A program made the translations under genes and the position numbers. From contig OX597820.1 in NCBI GenBank assembly GCA_951406725.2, forward strand, positions 27,962,001 through 28,026,000: a stretch of 64,000 nucleotides of DNA, written 5' to 3'. Below are positions 40,194-53,707 of this stretch, in pieces (the stretch's first letter is position 1; every line of letters starts with the position of its first letter). This DNA comes from Octopus vulgaris. Lineage: Eukaryota. The notes below the pieces were generated by a model. That model was not told the DNA's origin, searched no databases, and was given only the letters and a program-made list of their open reading frames with translations.

Positions 40194-40198
<5 letters not shown>
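39761..40198 (-). mobile_element. Retrozyme-like element, copy 2 (362-nt monomer, 45-nt redundancy, 31-nt inverted end)
   Basis: 39761-39805 is repeated at 40123-40167. 40168-40198 is the reverse complement of 40060-40090. Flanked by (TA)n. Confidence 0.8.
39929..39968 (-). ncRNA. Minimal type I hammerhead ribozyme, U3-A8 core variant
   Basis: CTGCA-TTGAAAA-GGGG-CAATA-CCCC-GAAA-CGCG-TC-TGTAG. Confidence 0.85.
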
Positions 40199-40240
<42 letters not shown>

Positions 40241-40713
40241 TATTTACAAGTAAATATATATATATATGTGTTTGTGTTTGAGTGTGTGGGTGTTTGTATG
40301 CATGTCTTTATGTACATATTTATCTATCTGTATATATGTATATGCATATGTATGTGTGTGTGCTTGTGTGTGTGTGTTATTTTGTGTGAGTGTATTTGTG
40401 TATTTGTCAACAGACGAATTCACATTAAGTATATTGATCCCTACAAGTGATCCGGGTCGGATTCTAAATATTTTATTTAGGTATATCCCTCAGTGCAGAT
40501 GTGTGACTTCGTGTGATTCCAACAGAGGTCGCGTTAAAATAAAGTTTGCTTAGCAATGTTTCTTCTTGCCCTTCGTGTACAGAGGTGGCAAATTAAAGTA
40601 TATAGCTTTACTCTTATGGATAATCCATTACAAATATCAGTTACAAAAAAGAAACAAATTCACACCACAGCGGAAAAAGTATTAGAGATGACAGTCAGTA
40701 TATATAAAGGTAC

Positions 40714-41086
40714 AAACGCTGCATATACGTAGTCTGGCGCACATACAGTCACTCGTGAAAATGCACACGCACATACAATTTCATATCTAGTACGAAGCTC
40801 TCAGTGACTAGCCCCATACAACCAGGCAATTTTAAGCATGCTCGCCGAGAATGCAGCATCTGCCCCTCTGTTAATAGAACTACAACCATTATTGAGTCGA
40901 ATGTATATTACATTGCTCAAAAATTCTGCTGCACACTCTTTAACCATATAATTTTTATAGTATGCAAATATTCAGCCGCCCTCAACGTTAACGAATCCAA
41001 CAGACGCCTTGCTGATGTCCGGTCTCTCTCATTGATCAAATACCCAACGAACACTGAGACAGTGAACGTGCTTTACAGATAAACTA
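40714..41086 (+). mobile_element. Decayed PLE GIY-YIG relic, duplicate A
   Basis: ARRECSICP..KFCCT..IIFIVCKYS..NESNRRLAD. Repeated at 41619-41995 and 43240-43432. Confidence 0.6.
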
Positions 41087-41124
41087 TGAGGTGTATACTA
41101 TACAATTTATTAACTAATATATAT

Positions 41125-41532
41125 GCGTAGGAGTGGCTGTGTTAAATAGCTTGCTTACCAACCACATGGTTCCGGGTTCAGTCCCACTGCTAGGCATCTT
41201 GGGCAAGTGTCTTCAACTATAGCCTCGGGCCGACCAAAGCATTGTGAGTGGATGTGGTAGACGGGAACTGAAAGAAGCTCGTCGTATATATGTATATATA
41301 TGTATGTATATATGTACGTGTGTGTATATGTTTGTGTGTCTGTGTTTGTCCCCCCAACATCGCCTGACAACCGATGCTGGTGGATTTACATCATCGTAAC
41401 CTAGCGGTTCGGCAAAATTGACCGATAGAATAAGCACTAGGCTTACAAAGAATAAGTCATGGGGTCGATTTCCTTGACTAAAGGCGGTGCTCCAGCATGG
41501 CCACCGTCAAATGACTGAAACAAGTAAAAGAG
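41125..41532 (+). mobile_element. tRNA-derived SINE with internal microsatellite, full length
   Basis: GCGTAGGAGTGGCTGTG..GGGTTCAGTCCC..GGCGGTGCTCCAGCATGGCC..ATGACTGAAACAAGTAAAAGAG. Confidence 0.88.
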
Positions 41533-41618
41533 TATGCCTCTTTGTGTATGTGTGTATGTGTGTGTGTGTGTGTGTGTGTGAGTGTATTGGATATGACTGT
41601 TATTATATATGAAAGTAA

Positions 41619-41995
41619 AAACGCTACATATACGTAGTCTGGCGAATGTACAGTCACTCGTACGACCGCAGACGCACATAGAAGCTCATATTTAGTAAGA
41701 AGCTCTGCAGTGCTTAGCTCCATACAACCAAGCCATTTTAAATGTGCTCGCCGAGAATGCAACATCTGTACCTATGTTAAAAATACTACAACCATTACTG
41801 GGTGTAAGAAATCCCATTTCATGGCACAGACATTCTGATAAAAACTTTTTCACCTTATAATGTTTATGATATGCACATATTGAGCGGCGTTTAACGTTAA
41901 GGAATCCAACTGACACATTGCTGATGTTCCGTCTCTCTCATTAATCAAATAGCCAAAGAACTCTGTGACTGTGAACGTGCTTTACTGACAAACTA
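41619..41995 (+). mobile_element. Decayed PLE GIY-YIG relic, duplicate B
   Basis: Co-linear with 40714-41086; translates KCARRECNICTYV. Confidence 0.6.
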
Positions 41996-42914
41996 CCAAG
42001 TTTATACTCGACAATAGCAGTATATATATATGTGTGTTTGTGTGTGTGCGTTTGTGTGTTTGTGTGTGTATGTGTTGTGTGCGTGTTTTGTGTGTCTGTC
42101 TTTTAATATACATGCACATTATTTGGTCAGTGATAGATTCACATACATACACATGTGCACGCATCACCTGAACAGGAACACATTACCTGCTACACAGCAC
42201 ACACGCTCACACACGTTAGTCTCGCACATGTACACACGTCGTTACGCACACACACACACACTCGGCCACACATACTCACACACTCGCTCCCATTCACACA
42301 TAAACATTCACACGCACCATTCTCACATACACACGCGCACTTGCGCAACTTAGTTCGTTGGGGGTGTGGTTCACCGTTATCGTCATTATTGCTATTTTCT
42401 CCCTTTCATTCAGCCTCATTTTTTCCAGTCGTCTTGTCGTGTTGAAAAGTTGAATTCTACACATCTTTCTCTCACTGTTTTTTTAAAGACTTTTCCATTC
42501 TTCCAGAGGGTTAAATACTTACACATGTTAGTTGTTCCTCCAAGTGTCGTCTTTTGTTATCTGTAAATTTGAACTATATATATATATATGGTAAATTAAA
42601 AACAAAAGGTAAACAAATTGACAAATACTTCACAAGGATATTTAATGTATTTTAGTTATATATTGAATGATAAATTAAATTATACTGAAAAGGAAAATAA
42701 ATGTCCTTGTCAAGTCTTGCCAATTTCTTTCTCTTTCCTTTATATTTTACCCTCTAAAGGGAAGCCTCTTCTATCCGTTTTGGAATTGCAGTCACAAAAT
42801 CATAACTTCCACTACAGATCTAAGCGAAAGTTTAGTGGCATACCTATTTGAGCACTCAGAGCGCATACCTATTGGTTTGAGTCACTCTAACAAGGCAAAA
42901 CCCCCTAGTCTCTT

Positions 42915-42960
<46 letters not shown>

Positions 42961-43030
42961 ATCTATCTATCTATCTCTCTATCTATCTATCTATCTATCT
43001 ATCAACCTAGCTATATATATATATCTGATA

Positions 43031-43063
<33 letters not shown>

Positions 43064-43489
43064 CTTATTTAGAGATAGAAGTCCCCTTTATCCCACCATA
43101 AAAGATTTTTAATTTAATTTAATACTTACTACTCATTTCTCAGCTACACGTGTTTCTTGAGGTTCATTTACGGTAAAATCGACAAAATGTGTAAAGGGAA
43201 GTAGGCTTTAACAAAGATACGAATCTCTGAAATCAAGAAAAAAGCTCTGCAGTAACCAGGCAATTTTAAATCTGCTACCGAGAACCTGACATCTCCTCCT
43301 ACATCAATAATACTACCACAATTACTGGGTCTAGTGCACATTTTTAACCCTATAATTTTTATCATATACGTATATAACGCCGTCCTTACCCTTAGAGAAT
43401 CCAACCGACGCCTTACTGATAGTTTCGCAAGCATATTGACAGCGTATAACAACGTATATCTGACGAACCTGTCGATACCCCTTTAAAAC

Positions 43490-43630
43490 TACAAGACATT
43501 CCATCCAGAAAACAGTGTTATTAGGGACAACTAGGATTATTAGGAAGGTACTTAATATCTAAGGTTATTTATTGCTGCCCAATGTTAGGCATTTCTCTTT
43601 CCAAATGTCCAATATGTTGTGTGTATATGA
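43490..43630 (+). mobile_element. 3' end of another Dong/R4-like family, followed by (TAA)n
   Basis: IQKTVLLGTTRIIRKVLNI*. Confidence 0.7.
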
Positions 43631-43641
43631 ATAATAATAAA

Positions 43642-43692
<51 letters not shown>

Positions 43693-43707
43693 TTAATAAT
43701 AATAGTG

Positions 43708-43766
<59 letters not shown>

Positions 43767-44849
43767 CAAAACGAAGAGCGCGATTCGATTGTAAGATATT
43801 TTTTAGGTGAACGATATTTCAACAGTACGTCTGTCTTTGTCAAGTTCAAAATAAGAAGTGATAAAAATTCAAAATTACAGAAATTTAAACGTAAAGTATG
43901 AACGAGAGCAACCATCGGTTTTTAAGTTACAATTTTTTTAACAGGCGAAAAGAAAAAGACAGAAAAAGAAGACAAGGGAAAAAAAGGAAAGAAAAAGAAA
44001 GAAATGAACGGTCTTTCCTTGTATTCTTACACCCACTGGTAAATCATTAAATCCTATCATAATCTTCAACTCACATCCTTCCTCATTATTTGCCTTCGTC
44101 TCACTCTGGATTTGTCCTGCTTCTCCTTATTCCATTATTCTTTCCTTTTACTTTCTCACATCGTTTGTCAACACTCTCTGTTCACAAATGAAGCTCATAT
44201 GATCCTGCGTTCCATATCAGTTGCAGCCAGATTCTTTTAAATGTGGATGATATAATTCTACTGTGTTTGATTTGAATAAAGAACTCTCCCGAAAACGCTG
44301 GACCTTCTGCTCCTCACAGCTAATTCAATCGTTTTATAAATTTTATTACTACATACAGAAGTTTACATACACACATTCATACATAAATACATACATACGT
44401 CAAAACATAATGCATACTTACATTCATACATACACACCTACATACATATATACCCACAAATACACATACATATATATATAATACTTATTTTGAGATGAAT
44501 TTAAGTGTATGGACACTCGGAATTTCTCGCTCCTGATTTTCAGGTAATAGACGATATGATGAAGGGATCTTGTTTATATTATATATTGCAATGTTATTAT
44601 CAGTACGAATATGTTTGAGACACGTTCGAACTGTAGAACACGTTAGTCACTGCATTTTGTAATGAAAATTATATCCCGTTTGTTGACAAATGGTGTGTAT
44701 ACTTATCACTTCTTAACGATTCCCCCTCTGTAATTTGTTTATATAATCATTTGTTTCGTTTGCTAGCCCGACCTGTTGAAAGAAAAGCATACATATATAT
44801 ATATATATATGTATGCATGTATGTATCTCTCTCTTTCTCTCTCTCTTTC

Positions 44850-44933
<84 letters not shown>

Positions 44934-45168
44934 GAACATGCATAATGCAATACATTTTGTGTTACTGAATTAGAACATTTGATTCATAATTTTATATAAG
45001 ACATTGCCCATGTTTTCTCAGTCAGATCAACGATGGATCACATCACACACACACAGGCACAAACACGCGCGCACGAACACACGCACACACACACACACAC
45101 AACAAAGAAACAAACAAACACACACACACACAGAACCATACACACATGTTGATTTGCAAAATATATAT

Positions 45169-45239
<71 letters not shown>

Positions 45240-45695
45240 CTGAGACGATAGATAGATAGATCGATAGACGGACAAACAGACAGACTGACAACAGACAGAT
45301 AGTTAGTTAGATAGATAGATGAGGATTTTAGTTCAATTACAGAAACCGAAATAATCAAACGCAATATATGACAGCATTTGATCTCAGAATTGCATCAGAT
45401 GTTCCTGCTCTTCAGAAGTCATATAATATGTGACAGTTTCCTTATATAACTCAGGAATGTTATATTTCCCCGATGGCTTCGCTTAGACGCCATTATGGAC
45501 AAATCTCAAACGAATCACACATAACGTATATCCGGATACAGAAACAAAACTGGAATATTCAAATAAAATATTTTTGATTCCTTTTATATAATGATTGTAC
45601 ATATACGAAAGATGTGTGATATATAGAACGTAATAAAATTAATGTAGTTAGCTTAAAAAAACCCATTAATTTATTAAACACACATTCTTATACAC

Positions 45696-45745
<50 letters not shown>

Positions 45746-46088
45746 GTGTTTATGTGTGTATATTTATGTATAAATATGCATGTAGGTATTTGTGTGTGTG
45801 TGTGTGTTGTGTGTATTTCGATGCTGCTTCTTAATTACATTGCGTAGAGATACAGAGTAAATTTTTCATCCCGATATACAATATCCATGTATATGTGCTT
45901 GAGAGCATATGATTATATGTGTGTTTCTGTTTCAATTACTGCTTACACGTCCCTAGATTTCCCACATTCAGTAGTACCAATGTACAGTTTACTAGCATAG
46001 AAACATTACTTCAAACTACAAGCACTGCAAGGAATCAGCACACATTATCTTGCAATACTTCACTGTCTCTTGTCCTTCTCTCCGCTCC

Positions 46089-46140
<52 letters not shown>

Positions 46141-46166
46141 TGAAGATATTTTTTGGGCCGGTCATA

Positions 46167-46226
46167 AAATGACCATCGGTTTCGCACCAATAAAATGTCT
46201 AGCAGTGTAGGCGACTCGTCAGACTT
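46167..46226 (-). ncRNA. Candidate type I hammerhead ribozyme with canonical core
   Basis: AAGT-CTGACGA-GTCGCC-(21 nt)-GGTGC-GAAA-CC-GAT-GG-TC-ATTT. Confidence 0.6.
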
Positions 46227-47419
46227 AAAGAAAAACATACATTTTTGTGACGACTGTCACAGGCACTCATACACGCACAAACACGCATTTAAAGACTAAG
46301 ACAGACATAGGACTGAGGTGTGCGTGAATGAATGTATGTGTGTGTCTGGTTTAGTTTATATATGTGACTGTACTGCCCAACATTGAAACGCGCCCACTTT
46401 GAATAAGTTTAGTGTATTTGCGACCTGGAGTTTGAAGGAACAGCAGCATATATTTCAAGTACCACTGTTTGGATTTTTCGCTTCAAAATTGAGACTTGCT
46501 GTTTAAACAGCACTAGCGATTATCACTATTTATGTGCTGAAATATTATTCTGGTTTTTATAACCAGCATGAGGATTTGTCTCATTTGACAGTAATCACCA
46601 CAGTTGCAAATATATCTGCAAAAAAATTTTTTTATTCTGGTTATTATAACAAATTCGGATACATCATGAAGTAGAAAGCCTTAGCGTCTCTTTCAATATA
46701 ATTACAGAGATGTTATTTCAGTCCTTGCAACCAGTTCGAAAATAATGTTTTTTTAACAGTCCTAGTGCCCTTATCATATTCCTGCTATGCTGCTTTAACA
46801 GTGTTGGTATTCAACGCTTCGCGTTAGTATTTATTACACAACCTATAACCTTACAGTTAAAATATGTAGTAAGTGATGTGAAATTAATTTATGTCTTGCT
46901 TCATACATAGTTCAGCAAATGTTTTAAATTAATTAACGTTCACAGCAGCAACATATTCTTTTGTACACACTTTGTTAAGCGTTCGATAATTGTAAAATAA
47001 TAAATTATTTTTGTATGAAAAAATTGTTTTCTCAATTTTCTTGGAACTTGACTTTCTTCACTGTCACATTCAATCCTGAATTTTATACATTTAGTATATT
47101 TTTCAAATAAATGTTGACTTTCAGTACTTTTACAGTGATGACGCATAGTAATTTTTGTTAAACTGGAGACTTTCCGACGCTAGAATACTTGTTTTGGAAA
47201 TATTCCCTAAAAAACATGTTATAGCATACCTATGCTACAGTAAGCATGATTTGTGACTATATTGACTACTTTTCTTTTCGCTTGAATTTCGTGTGTGTAT
47301 GTTTCATTGTTCTCATTATTATCAATTCCTTGAGTGCATCTGCGAGTGTGTTTGTGTGTGTTTCCGCGTTCGTTACGTCTATAGTAAGTTATAGTGAAGG
47401 AAGTTTACGCTGATTTAAT

Positions 47420-48020
47420 GAACCCAAATCTAATGAGATAGTCATCAATATGGTAGGTGATCCTCATGAAAATCGTGCTCGAGATAACAACCTTAATGTG
47501 TTTCAGAGACTCATTCCTATTATGATGCTCTCCAGTATCCTTTTATTTTTTGAAATGGACAAGATATGTATCATTTCAATATTCCACAGATTGAACTTGC
47601 AACACGAGAGCCAATTACAAACAAAAAGGTGTCGTCAAATGACTTCTGTTCTTACCAACTGATGTTAATACCAGAGCAACCAAATCAGTTACACATGCAT
47701 CGTGATTTGTTTCACCTACACCTGGTTGATATGTATGCTAAAGCTGAGAGTCAGTATCTCTTCTATATTCGTAAAAATCAAAAAAATGTAAGGGCTAAAA
47801 ATTACGTTCATCTCCAAGATGCTCTGAGCATAGATGGGGATATTCAAAACATGGGGCAACTTATAATCTTCCCATCATCATTCACAGGTGGTCCTCAATA
47901 GATGCACGAACAAACACACGTTGCTATGACATATGTCACGATATATGGAAAAACCAGATCTTTTTGTCACTTCCACCAGCAATCCTGAATGGGAAGAACT
48001 GACATCTAACCTTCTTCCAT
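47420..48020 (+). mobile_element. Helitron Rep fragment (pseudogenised)
   Basis: YDALQYPL, VDMYAKAESQYL.YIRKNQKNVRA, PSSFTGGPQ*MHE and YG.PDLFVT..NPEWEE. Confidence 0.92.
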
Positions 48021-48287
48021 TATTGCATCTTCTGGTTTTGCAGCTACTTTTCTCAAGGGGGCAAAGAACTGCTTATTCTACTGTATTTAGTTCTAGGTAA
48101 ATGTTTTATCGTCTCTTTAATTTTTTTCTATATGGTATGATTCACTTATATCATTGTTGAATTGCTACGTGGTTGTTCTTCTCTAATTTATATATATATA
48201 TATAGTGAAATTTGATCTTCTATTGCTAAATTGAATTTTCCCCTGTAACTTTGGAATCATATTCCCTAGTATTATTATTATTATTAC

Positions 48288-48391
<104 letters not shown>

Positions 48392-48409
48392 TATATATAT
48401 ATATATATG

Positions 48410-49120
48410 CACTAAAATTACAAGGGTACAATTTGGTATCAACATTGCTAGGAATAAGAGCCCAAACGACCAATTAGCTACAAAAGCGATATCTTAATAG
48501 GCTGAAGGAGACAAAGCTCCTTTGTCTTAAGGAGACGAAGTTCCCTACTGAAGTAGCAGTTATACCCATGCAATGTGATCTCGAATTCTGTTGCTTAGCA
48601 CCTCAATTCTCGTCTGTGGATCTTACTTTGCTCAATGTTAAGCTCAACTCACCTCATCAACTTATAAGAAAAATCGTGGAAGACATGTGCTGTTTCAAGT
48701 CGGTAGAATTGTAGGCTATAAAATAATGTAGCTGGCTTATTAGCAATTAAAACCTAAAGACAAATTTATAAACGTCACTAAAGTGACAAGTGTACAAAGT
48801 GGTACCATCATCACTAGAAGTAAAAGTCAAAACTACTCATTAGTTAAAGAAAGCACTATATTAATAAGTTGACGGAGACTGCTCCCTCCTGTAGTGAGAC
48901 GAAGTTCCTTACTGAAGTAACAGATATACCCATCTCACGTGATTTTGAATTCATTCATACACAGACACGAGCGCACACACACACACATACAGAGAATCAT
49001 ATTCTGACTTAAAATTTATGATCAATTCTTGTTTGGACATTCAATAAATTTTAAGCCCACGCAGAGAACTATAAGAAACTCGTAAGAGAAATGATTAATG
49101 GTAGTAGGTCTATAAAAGGC
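48410..49120 (+). repeat. Diverged ~365-bp tandem duplication
   Basis: 48410-48588 aligns with 48776-48952. The match continues after a (CA) interruption. Confidence 0.75.
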
Positions 49121-49254
49121 GGAAATGTCACTTGAAAATTTGGAGGTGAGTCATTTGTATAACATCAATGTATTTGTTCTGGTTTTTGAAGGTTTTAATG
49201 GTATGCGAGTCTTATGAATCTGAGTCGGTAAGCACGGTCATTTCTATATATCTA

Positions 49255-49380
49255 ACATGTTCATCTTATTTACATTATTTACATTCGGCGGATATTTGTC
49301 CTCATCTTGTTTCCTGTTAACGCAACTTTTCGGCTGATATACCCTCCGGCCTTCATCAGGTGTCTTGGGGAAATTTCGAG
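49255..49380 (-). mobile_element. PLE pseudo-LTR fragment with degenerate hammerhead (49320-49363)
   Basis: ACAC-CTGATGA-A-GGCCG-(10 nt)-CAGCC-GAAA-AG-TT-GCGT, with one substitution in each stem. Confidence 0.65.
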
Positions 49381-49638
49381 CGGTCAGTGGCTTCGTTGAA
49401 TCTGCCTTTGTTTGAGGATTAATTATTTTTGAACCGTTCTTATGATCACAAGGATACGCTTGACTTACCTTCGGGACTAAATGATCCATTGCTTTCTATT
49501 ATCAGAAAATCCCAAATAAATATATTTCACTGAAGTCGATGATAGGAAATCAAAGGAAATAATTCCATCCGCTAAGAGAGAATAATATACACATTTATAG
49601 GTGTATACAACTTCGATAACTGATGTACTTATATCAGA

Positions 49639-49675
<37 letters not shown>

Positions 49676-49990
49676 GAGAGAGAGGGGGGGAGAGTGTGTT
49701 TGAGCACTAGAGAGACATACGTATATATAACTAGCCATATATGTGCAGGTATGTATATACGTTTATACTTATATACATACACATGCACATAATAATGCAT
49801 TGCAATTATATAATCTAAGGACGCTTTATTATTCTGAGCGCTCGAGTAAACCATAGGTTATAGAAGATACAATATTATATAGAAAATTAATCACAATTGA
49901 AATGCGAATCTGCAATTGCATAAAGAATTAGATGGCTGCCTATTGGATCAATGCGGTTATGATAAACCTGGAATATATTCATAAGACTTT

Positions 49991-49996
<6 letters not shown>

Positions 49997-50076
<80 letters not shown>

Positions 50077-50085
50077 TATTAATGA

Positions 50086-50172
<87 letters not shown>

Positions 50173-50181
50173 TATTAATGA

Positions 50182-50255
<74 letters not shown>

Positions 50256-50334
50256 CTGATGATGATGAAGATTGTGATAATAATAAAATAGTAGTAGTAG
50301 TGCGGTAGCAGCAGCAGCAGTAGCAGTAGTAGTG

Positions 50335-50386
<52 letters not shown>

Positions 50387-50433
50387 AAGTAGAAGCAGCA
50401 GCAGCAGTAGTAGTAGTAGTAGTAGTAATAATA
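49997..50433. repeat. (AAT)n/(GTA)n/(GCA)n compound microsatellite
   Basis: Direct reading. Confidence 0.95.
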
Positions 50434-50780
50434 ACACGAAGAATATTGCACATGTAAAATGTATCAAGACGTAATATAGCATAGATTTATATGAATAATT
50501 GTGCTATAGGAATATTCATTGAAGCATAACTCATCATTAGAATATGATATACATACCTATTTGCATATATAAATAAAGGTTAACGGTTATGTCATTATTT
50601 TAAAGCTAGTTGAAGAATAACAGCTGGATATTTAGAAATAGGATGACTCAATATTGTGGACAAAATAAAATTTATCATAAGATTCGTATTGAATGGTGAT
50701 TCAAGTTCATACAACATATGACATAAGCCTTTAGTTTGAATTTGAACACGAAATTTATAATATATATATAGTTACATAAC

Positions 50781-50836
<56 letters not shown>

Positions 50837-51275
50837 AGATATATCTGTGGGAGAAATGTTGCATAATGTATTTGTTCAGGATGTTTGTGTTCTGTGTTGA
50901 AATCCGTTCATGGTTCATTTAATTGTAATCTTAACGCATTCTCTAGTTTAACACTCTAACTGCCACCATAGATATGTCCCCAAATGCCTCCAATTGTGTT
51001 ACAACCATTCTGGATACATTTCCGGTCCCAGGATTCATTAATTTATCATTTACAAAAGACTCCGGTGCCGTAGTAGATGTTGCGAGCAATGCCGTTCCAC
51101 CTGACTAAATTTTGTTTAAATGGATAACAGAAACGAGAAAATCGGTTTGTATCAGCATATTAACCATTTATTTATGTATTTATATTTTGAAAACACATGC
51201 ATATAAATACACATATATACCTATACATACATGTACACATAGATACATACATACATACATACATACATACATACA

Positions 51276-51309
<34 letters not shown>

Positions 51310-51342
51310 CATACATACATACGTACGTACGTATATATATAC

Positions 51343-51930
51343 CTACAGCTTAGATCTATCATGGCGTCTAACGTGGCTTTTAAAACCAGGCAGTCCTTTG
51401 CAAAGACGCCCACATAAATTGCATATCTGCTTTGGGCCACTAAGAGCTGCAGTTAAGTTCTAATCTTTGTGGATCATAAAATGTCTATTGAGGCCTCCGT
51501 TTGATTTGCAGACCTTATGGCATCACGGCATTGACACGTATGCACTTGTAGAAAGGCAGTGTAGTTAGTGGAGGATAATTTTTCATGGGTCTGCAAATGA
51601 GATTTAAGTCCAGCAAAAGAAAGGTATGGTCTGTCACAATTTGTGCACAGAAACAGGTTGTTAGGATTAATTTTCTCCTTGGTCGTATCTTTTTTCTTTT
51701 ATGTTTTTTTTCAGTTTTGCATAGGTCATACTTACATAAGTACATACATACAAAAATACCTACGCTGAACTATTGAGAAATTTGCAGTTTACAAGTTGAA
51801 GTTAGTACCTGTAATTATTGAGTTACTGGTATATGTAACACACTGCCTAAATAACACTCTCGAAAAATTAGGCTTCTCAAAACCAGAAAGAAGAAAGCTG
51901 ATTCGAAGCTTGCTTATCCAACGCATCACT
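51343..51930 (-). mobile_element. Decayed relic with three C2H2 zinc fingers, probably an RTE-clade LINE C-terminus
   Basis: CTNCDRPYLSFAGLKSHLQTH, CHKVCKSNGGLNRHFMIH and CNLCGRLCKGLPGFKSHVRRH, separated by a frameshift and a stop. Confidence 0.65.
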
Positions 51931-52873
51931 GAAACTGTAAATATCTGTAAAACTTTCCAGAAGTTTATATAAGCATGGATATACATGCAACTATATGCAT
52001 GAGAATACATACATAGAGCAAAACATACAAAACTGCTCATATGCATACGTTCATGCATACAAAAATAACCTGCTGATGTTCAAATTCCAATCAAGGAACT
52101 TTGGATCTAGGTTAGAAAGCGACTCTTTCAGTATTGGCAAGATAATTTAAATAAACTAAATAATGACTTACATATATGTGTGTGTATATACATATATAGA
52201 TACATGAATCCCTGTGTGTGTGTACCTTTATATATGTATATGTAAGTGCGCATATATATATATATATATATATAATATAATATAATATAATGTACAAGGG
52301 ATCTGGAATTCAGGCAGGTACGTTATAACACTGATATAATCCAGATCTGGTTAATTACATCGATACAGAATCTCGTGATACTACACTTCTAATGTTCAGT
52401 TAATTATAAGACATTATTGCTATGAACAGGCATGAATGCCCAAATTGAAATTTACATTTTTGTGTCCCCTTTATTTCCTCTTTCTTTCAAGTCCTTTGAA
52501 ATTTACCCATTTATATTATATGGTATCATATTATTCTCATTATAAGTGAACAGTGAGGTGAATTCAGACACCCTGAGCAAATTAATTTATTTTTGCTTCT
52601 TTTTTACTATTAAGCTTAGAAAACAATTTATTCCCTAAAATTCTAAGAAGGTCACACTAAGTTTAAAATTATACCAGAAATATAGTCTTGTCGTATTTCA
52701 AAGCAATCTCTTCTCTTATGTTCCGTAAGATTTTATTATGTTTCACCTAGACTATGCTTCAACGAGAACAATCATATATTTGAATCCTCAGTTCGCTTCA
52801 ACTAACCCCGTGGGTAAAACCTTGAACAGAGCATCGGAGCAATTTTTATCCTCGATGAATCTATATGCAACTG

Positions 52874-53092
52874 AAGGCGGCGAGCTGGCAGAACCGTTAT
52901 CACGCCGGGTGACATACTTAGCGGTATTTTGTCTGCTGTTACGTTCTGAGTTCAAATTCCGCCGAGGTCGACTTTGCCTGTCATCCTTTCGGGGTCGATA
53001 AATAAAGTACCAGTTTCGCACTGGGGTCGATGTAATCGACTTAATCCCTTTGTCTGTCCTTGTTTGTCCCCTCTTGTGGATAGTAAAGAAAT
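52874..53092 (+). mobile_element. MetaSINE-like SINE
   Basis: GGCGGCGAGCTGGCAGAA head and TCATCCTTTCGGGGTCGATAAATAAAGTACCAG core. Confidence 0.85.
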
Positions 53093-53642
53093 ATATATGC
53101 GACTGAATCAACTAAATGTACAGAAGTACAAAAATGCTACTTGAAAGCGCATTAGGACTCTTATCTAGGAGACGCACGCATCGCAGAGGAATTAAATGAG
53201 AACGATACTGTAATAAACAAAATTTGAATGTTTATTAATTCGCCATTCTTCTTTATGATATCTTGATACGTTTGTATTTATATGCATGTGTGTATGTACG
53301 CGTGCGCGTGTGTGTATGTGTGTGTGGAGAGAGAGAAAGAGACAGACGGACAGGTAGACATATCGACAGACACATAGAGAGGAATATGTCAACTAGATTA
53401 TTAACTACAAAAGAGATACTAAGAAAACAAAGCAGAGAAAAGAATGCAAAATTTCGAGAAGCAGCGAGACAAAAAGACATTAAAAAAGGTGTGAAAGGGA
53501 AGATGAACAATTTATTTTGCGTAAAGAAGAAATTAATAACACCAGGCAAAAAATGGTTCAAGCAAAACGCGGAGATATCGAGCGAAGAGAGGTAGTAAAA
53601 GAGCAAGGTAAAGGGAGGGAGGACACAGCGAGTAAATGATTA

Positions 53643-53674
<32 letters not shown>

Positions 53675-53675
53675 T

Positions 53676-53707
<32 letters not shown>

